Below are positions 59,586 to 64,000 of a stretch of DNA of 64,000 nucleotides, piece after piece; position 1 is the first letter of the stretch, and each line of letters opens with the position of its first letter. This DNA is from Flavobacteriales bacterium (GTDB taxonomy: Bacteria > Bacteroidota > Bacteroidia > Flavobacteriales > BACL11). Made by a program: the position numbers and the translations under genes. A model generated the notes under the pieces. The model saw only the letters and a program-made list of their open reading frames with translations, was not told the origin of the DNA and ran no database searches. The stretch is from contig PAUF01000017.1 in the NCBI GenBank assembly GCA_002712715.1, positions 3,796 to 67,795 of the forward strand, written 5' to 3'.

Positions 59586-60620
59586 TTAGTTAATAATTTG
59601 TTCTTTAAGTCGTTCTTGATCTTTTTGTCTTTTTTTGAGAATCCGTATGTATAAAGAAGCTCTTTTCTCACCTAGGTTTTCTGATCTAAGAGCATATTCA
59701 ATAGCTGTACTTAGTGTTCCATTTATTTCAGAAGCTAATGCTAAATTATAATTAGCTTTACGAGCAATTTTAGGGTCATTATTATCTACAAGAGATTTCC
59801 ATAATTTAATTGCCTCATCCCAATCTTGCCTAGAAACATATTTTTTCGCTAATTTTAACTTATCTTCCGGTCCTGAAAAATATGTTCGAGAAACTCTAAC
59901 CCAAAGTGGGGTAATTCTATAGGCGTACTTCTCTCCAGCAAAAATTCCAGCAGATTTTAAAGCCTGTCTTTTACTTGGTAATTTAGAGCGAGCATCATTA
60001 TAACTAGATCCCCAAATTTTTGACTCTTTTAACTCAGTAAAAGTATTTACATCAATAATCTTTCGTTTACTAGCGTCATAAATTCTCCAGCCAGATTGTA
60101 TCTCCATTGCTAATGTTACCGGATATTTTATCTCCCTAACCTTTGCTCCTTTTATTGTCCTATTTCGAACGACAGATTTACCCTCAAATTCCCTAGAGTC
60201 TGAATCAAATGTTGATAAGACAATCAATGCATCTGCATCATATTGATCACAAATTTTCTGAACTTTTCTCCAACTTAAAAGATCAGGAAATTGAGAAGTT
60301 CCAGTTCCTTTTAGCATAATTTCACCCTGATTCTTCAAGGCAAATCTCTCTGAATTACTCAACGCGTTTACTAAACCATTAATACAATATTTGGAACCCT
60401 TTTTATCGCTACCAACAACTTCACCCGTAAGAATACCTTCAACTATATTCTCTGCTAAATTTTCTTTATTTGGGGTACTCCTATTCGCTATAACTACATT
60501 TTTAATATGTAGAGGAACAGTAATATCAGCAGGCCTTTGTACATTAACCATTATAGTAGATGTACCACAAGAGAAACAAAATAAAAATACAATTAATATA
60601 TAAGATATATAACGAAACAT
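59586..60620 (-). CDS. DUF6340-like lipoprotein with C-terminal TPR
   Basis: Lipobox CFS|C; V.RPA, WRIYD, W..V.R.YF, W..A...W, YNLALASE..G; ATG at 60620 preferred because the -7 box overlaps 60638. Confidence 0.7.
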   Translation of the reverse strand: MFRYISYILIVFLFCFSCGTSTIMVNVQRPADITVPLHIKNVVIANRSTPNKENLAENIVEGILTGEVVGSDKKGSKYCINGLVNALSNSERFALKNQGEIMLKGTGTSQFPDLLSWRKVQKICDQYDADALIVLSTFDSDSREFEGKSVVRNRTIKGAKVREIKYPVTLAMEIQSGWRIYDASKRKIIDVNTFTELKESKIWGSSYNDARSKLPSKRQALKSAGIFAGEKYAYRITPLWVRVSRTYFSGPEDKLKLAKKYVSRQDWDEAIKLWKSLVDNNDPKIARKANYNLALASEINGTLSTAIEYALRSENLGEKRASLYIRILKKRQKDQERLKEQIIN

Positions 60621-60637
60621 AAATTTTTTGCTTGACA

Positions 60638-60710
60638 CAAAGTTAATGCAAAAAAAATAAATTATTAAACTTTTAAAATAAAAAGAATTTGAACAAAAAA
60701 TATATATTTG
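60638..60710. promoter_or_regulatory. Divergent -7 elements (minus TAACTTTG 60638-60645; plus TATATTTG 60703-60710)
   Basis: TAnnTTTG matches upstream of both divergent genes. Confidence 0.55.
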
Positions 60711-60745
60711 TAAATATTCATAAATAGTAAAATAATTATTTAGAC

Positions 60746-61861
60746 ATGAGGATAGGTTTTGATGCTAAAAGGGCATTTCATAATTATTCTGGATTGGGAA
60801 ATTATTCTAGAAACACCATTAATATTATGTCCAAAAAATATTTAAGAGATGATTTTTTTCTATATACTTATAGTCAAAAATCATCATATACCAAGTCAAT
60901 AAAGAATATAAAAAATATTACCATCCAAGAACCATTATCTTTTGCAGGAAGATTATCTGAATCATATTGGAGAAGTTTTTCAATTAAAAATGATTTAAAA
61001 AAAGATAAAATTGATCTCTTTCATGGACTGAGTAATGAAATCCCATTTGGAATCAAAAAAACCAATATTAAAACTATTGTAACTATACATGATTTGATTT
61101 TTCTAAAATTTCCAAAATTTTACAAATCAATTGACAGAAATATTTATCTAAAAAAAATTAAGTATGCCTGCTCAACAGCTGATTTAATTATAGCTATAAG
61201 TAATCAAACAAAATCAGACTTGATCAACTTATTATGTGTTCCCGAAGAAAAAATAAGAATTGTCTACCAAGGTTGTGATGATTTATTCCAACAGAAGCAT
61301 AATATGACATTAATACCATCAAAAAAACATACACTTCCAAAAAAATACATTTTGTATGTTGGAGATATTAATCCAAGAAAAAATTTACTGCTGATACTTG
61401 AAGCCATGATAATTATTAAAAATTTAAAACTGGTTATAGTTGGAGAAGGAAAAAAATATAAAACTATATGTCAAAAATTCATATGTAAAAACAAACTTGA
61501 GAGCAGAGTTTACTTTTTTGGGAAAGTACATTCTAAAGATTTAATTAATATCTACTCAAATGCTGACATCATGATTTATCCTTCTCTGTATGAAGGGTTT
61601 GGAATACCAATATTAGAATCTCTTTTTTTAAAAGTTCCTGTAATAACTTCTAATGGGAGTTGTTTAAGAGAAACTGGTGGCAATGGAGCTATGTATATTG
61701 ACCCCTATTCTAAAGAATCATTAATTGAAGCTATAGTCAAAATACAAGAAGATACCAATTTGCGAGAAACATTAATTGACAATGGTTGGAAACACGCACA
61801 GAAATTCACTAATGATAAAATTTCAACTAATATAATGAAGGTTTACTCAGAATTATTATGA
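60746..61861 (+). CDS. Family 4 (GT1-fold) glycosyltransferase
   Basis: MRIGFDAKRAF.N.SGLGNY, VTIHDLIF, PRKN, YPSLYEGFGIPILE. Confidence 0.93.
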   Translation: MRIGFDAKRAFHNYSGLGNYSRNTINIMSKKYLRDDFFLYTYSQKSSYTKSIKNIKNITIQEPLSFAGRLSESYWRSFSIKNDLKKDKIDLFHGLSNEIPFGIKKTNIKTIVTIHDLIFLKFPKFYKSIDRNIYLKKIKYACSTADLIIAISNQTKSDLINLLCVPEEKIRIVYQGCDDLFQQKHNMTLIPSKKHTLPKKYILYVGDINPRKNLLLILEAMIIIKNLKLVIVGEGKKYKTICQKFICKNKLESRVYFFGKVHSKDLINIYSNADIMIYPSLYEGFGIPILESLFLKVPVITSNGSCLRETGGNGAMYIDPYSKESLIEAIVKIQEDTNLRETLIDNGWKHAQKFTNDKISTNIMKVYSELL

Positions 61862-62400
61862 TCTACGAAATAAATAAATCACTAGAATTTCTCAAGAACG
61901 GGAAAATAATTTTATATCCTACGGACACAATATGGGGTATGGGTTGTGATGCTACAAATACAAAATCTGTAAGAAAAATCTACCGAATTAAGAAAAGGGA
62001 TGACTCGAAATCACTAGTAATTTTAGTAAGTGATGAAAAAATGTTACATGAAATTACAAGTGAAGTACACCCACTTTCCTTAGGTAAATTCCCAACAACA
62101 GTCATATATCCTAAAGTCCATGGATTACCAGAACACATCAAATCCATGGATGGTTCTGTTGCGATAAGAATTGTTCAAGATGATTTTTGTAAAAAAATAA
62201 TTTATGCATTAGGAAAACCTATTGTATCAACATCAGCTAATATTAGTGGAAAAAAACATCCATTAGAATTTAATGAAATTTCTAGAGAAATACTGAAAAA
62301 ATGTGACTATATAGTTAATTTAAGAAAAGATGAACAAAACATCAATCCCTCAAGGATATTCAAATTAGAAAAAAATGGAGAAATTATAAAAATTAGATAG
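61858..62400 (+). CDS. tsaC: L-threonylcarbamoyladenylate synthase (Sua5/YrdC/TsaC)
   Basis: YPTDTIWGMGCDA, IKKR, AIRI, PIVSTSANISG. Confidence 0.92.
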   Translation: MIYEINKSLEFLKNGKIILYPTDTIWGMGCDATNTKSVRKIYRIKKRDDSKSLVILVSDEKMLHEITSEVHPLSLGKFPTTVIYPKVHGLPEHIKSMDGSVAIRIVQDDFCKKIIYALGKPIVSTSANISGKKHPLEFNEISREILKKCDYIVNLRKDEQNINPSRIFKLEKNGEIIKIR

Positions 62401-63809
62401 TGAACTTGAAAGCCAAACTTACAGACCCAATTTTTAAGATTTGCAGTACTGTTGCATCCGTCAATAATGAAGAGGTATACGTAATTGGAGGATATGTTAG
62501 AGATTTAATACTAAAAAGAGAAAATCAAATTACAGATATAGACATTTTATGCGTTGGAGATGGTTTAAAATTTGCTAAAAAAGTACATACCACCTTAAAA
62601 TCACCATCTGAGGTTAAATACTTCAAAAGGTTTGGAACAGCGATGATTAAAAATATAGATGGACACTATGAATTTGTAGGAGCTAGAAAAGAATCATATA
62701 GCACTAATTCTAGGAAACCTATAGTAGAAAAGGGGTCATTAGAAGATGATCAAAACAGAAGAGATTTCACAATCAATACTTTAGCCATATCGTTAAATAA
62801 GAAGACTTATGGAGATCTTATAGATCCATTTAACGGAATTGAGGATATCAAAAACAAAAAGATTTGCACTCCATTAGATCCAACAAAAACATTTTCTGAC
62901 GATCCTCTTAGGATGATGAGAGCAATAAGGTTCGCTACACAATTAAACTTCAAAATTAATGAAGAATGTTTTCAAGGAATTATTGAAAATAAAGAAAGAT
63001 TAAACATTGTCTCAAATGAACGTATTATATCTGAATTCGAAAAAATACTTTTATCTAAAAAACCTTCAACAGGAATTAAATTATTATTTGATTCAAAGTT
63101 ACTCAATTGTTTTTTCCCAGAATTAACTGATTTGCAAGGTGTAGAAACTATAAATGGACTAACTCATAAAGATAATTTTTTTCACACTTTAAAAGTAGTA
63201 GATAATATAAGAAATAAAACAGATAACATATGGCTACTTTGGGCTGCACTTCTACATGATATTGGGAAACCCAAAACTAAAAAATTTAACGATAAAATTG
63301 GATGGACATTTCATGCACATGATTTTTTAGGAGCGAAAATGTTGCGAAGTATATTTCAAAGATTAAAACTGCCATTAAACAACAAGTTGAGTTATGTAAA
63401 AAAAATGGTCGAGCTTCACTTAAGACCAATATCATTAACAAAGAATTCTGTGACTGATTCAGCCATCAGAAGATTACTTTATGATGCTGGTGAAGACATT
63501 GATGATTTAATGTTATTATGTGAAGCAGATATCACATCAAAAAATCCAGAGAAAGTTAAAAAGTATCTAACTAATTTTACAATTGTAAGAAAAAAACTAA
63601 TAGAAATAGAGGAAAAAGATAGAATTAGGAACTGGAAACCACCAATAGATGGGAAACAAATAATGAAAATATTTAAAATTGAAGAAGGAAAGAAAATAGG
63701 AATTCTTAAAGATTCACTTAAAGAAGCTATACTTGAAGGAGAAGTCAAAAATAACAGAAAAGATGCATTAAAATTTATAACAAAAAAATGGAAAGAGATA
63801 AATAATTAA
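62400..63809 (+). CDS. cca: CCA tRNA nucleotidyltransferase with HD domain
   Basis: GGYVRD, DIDI, RRDFTIN, DDPLRMMRAIRF, ALLHDIGKP; GTG start. Confidence 0.9.
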   Translation: MNLKAKLTDPIFKICSTVASVNNEEVYVIGGYVRDLILKRENQITDIDILCVGDGLKFAKKVHTTLKSPSEVKYFKRFGTAMIKNIDGHYEFVGARKESYSTNSRKPIVEKGSLEDDQNRRDFTINTLAISLNKKTYGDLIDPFNGIEDIKNKKICTPLDPTKTFSDDPLRMMRAIRFATQLNFKINEECFQGIIENKERLNIVSNERIISEFEKILLSKKPSTGIKLLFDSKLLNCFFPELTDLQGVETINGLTHKDNFFHTLKVVDNIRNKTDNIWLLWAALLHDIGKPKTKKFNDKIGWTFHAHDFLGAKMLRSIFQRLKLPLNNKLSYVKKMVELHLRPISLTKNSVTDSAIRRLLYDAGEDIDDLMLLCEADITSKNPEKVKKYLTNFTIVRKKLIEIEEKDRIRNWKPPIDGKQIMKIFKIEEGKKIGILKDSLKEAILEGEVKNNRKDALKFITKKWKEINN

Positions 63810-63813
63810 TAAT

Positions 63814-64000
63814 ATGCAAATAAAAATCACATTAGAATATGACAATCTAGTATGTAAAGAAATTATTGTGGATGAAAAAAAAAAATTAACTTATCTTCAC
63901 CAAACAATTATTAAACTCTTTGATCTTAAAAAAGATGAAATAGCCTCATTCTTTTTAACAGATGAAAAATTAAATCTTATTCAAGAAATTCCATTGATAT
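63814..64000 (+). CDS. Partial pRiA4b ORF-3 / IS1096-passenger TnpR-like protein (runs off the window end; not in the ORF track)
   Basis: Translates MQIKITLEYDNLVCKEIIVDEKKKLTYLHQTIIKLFDLKKDEIASFFLTDEKLNLIQEIPL; L..LH..I...F.....E.ASFF..DE....EI.L pattern. Confidence 0.6.
   Translation, partial: MQIKITLEYDNLVCKEIIVDEKKKLTYLHQTIIKLFDLKKDEIASFFLTDEKLNLIQEIPLI

Noticed and set aside
2973-63748. Short antisense or alternate-frame ORFs in the track (e.g. 2973, 9368, 14057, 14938, 17607, 21962, 22176, 22609, 23187, 24203, 25773, 31470, 34117, 35448, 35954, 37888, 42248, 43072, 43310, 44420, 49130, 49547, 54965, 56920, 57560, 60391, 63479)
   Set aside because: They lie within or overlap well-supported genes, have no recognisable motifs and look like shadow ORFs
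63814-64000. IS1096-passenger-like ORF as a mobile element, and its A11 run (63875-63885) as a frameshift
   Set aside because: No transposase or inverted repeats in view, and the A11 run keeps the frame (E-K-K-K)

Overview
Very AT-rich, densely packed chromosomal segment from a Bacteroidota bacterium, most likely Flavobacteriales-like and streamlined. Evidence: TAnnTTTG -7 promoter boxes, no Shine-Dalgarno sequences, signal peptides ending before Gln, T9SS cargo and gldG. It is mostly housekeeping: ftsK-lolA, guaA, bshC (split by a frameshift), mutL-rhomboids, nusB-yajC, rsmG, purC-phoH, dnaN, gcvT, parAB-lepB, thrS-infC-rpmI-rplT, recA, nth, uvrA, ruvX, tsaC and a CCA-adding enzyme. No rRNA, tRNA, CRISPR, prophage or IS element was recognised. 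The best candidate for an undescribed system is a three-gene operon at 4984-9733 encoding secreted Ig-repeat proteins. The first two end in a shared C-terminal T-x-P-I-x-H-x peptide, the last two begin with a homologous head domain, and only the last has a T9SS type-B sorting domain. This suggests a head-to-tail tip/shaft/base surface assembly. Other oddities: a GldG and DUF4340 pair rewired as lipoproteins without gldF, an unannotated DUF1573 gene relic between nusB and yajC, an A10 slippage in bshC, an Nth lacking Fe-S cysteines, and a Kgp-like C25 protease. All family assignments come from motif recognition by eye; no searches were run.
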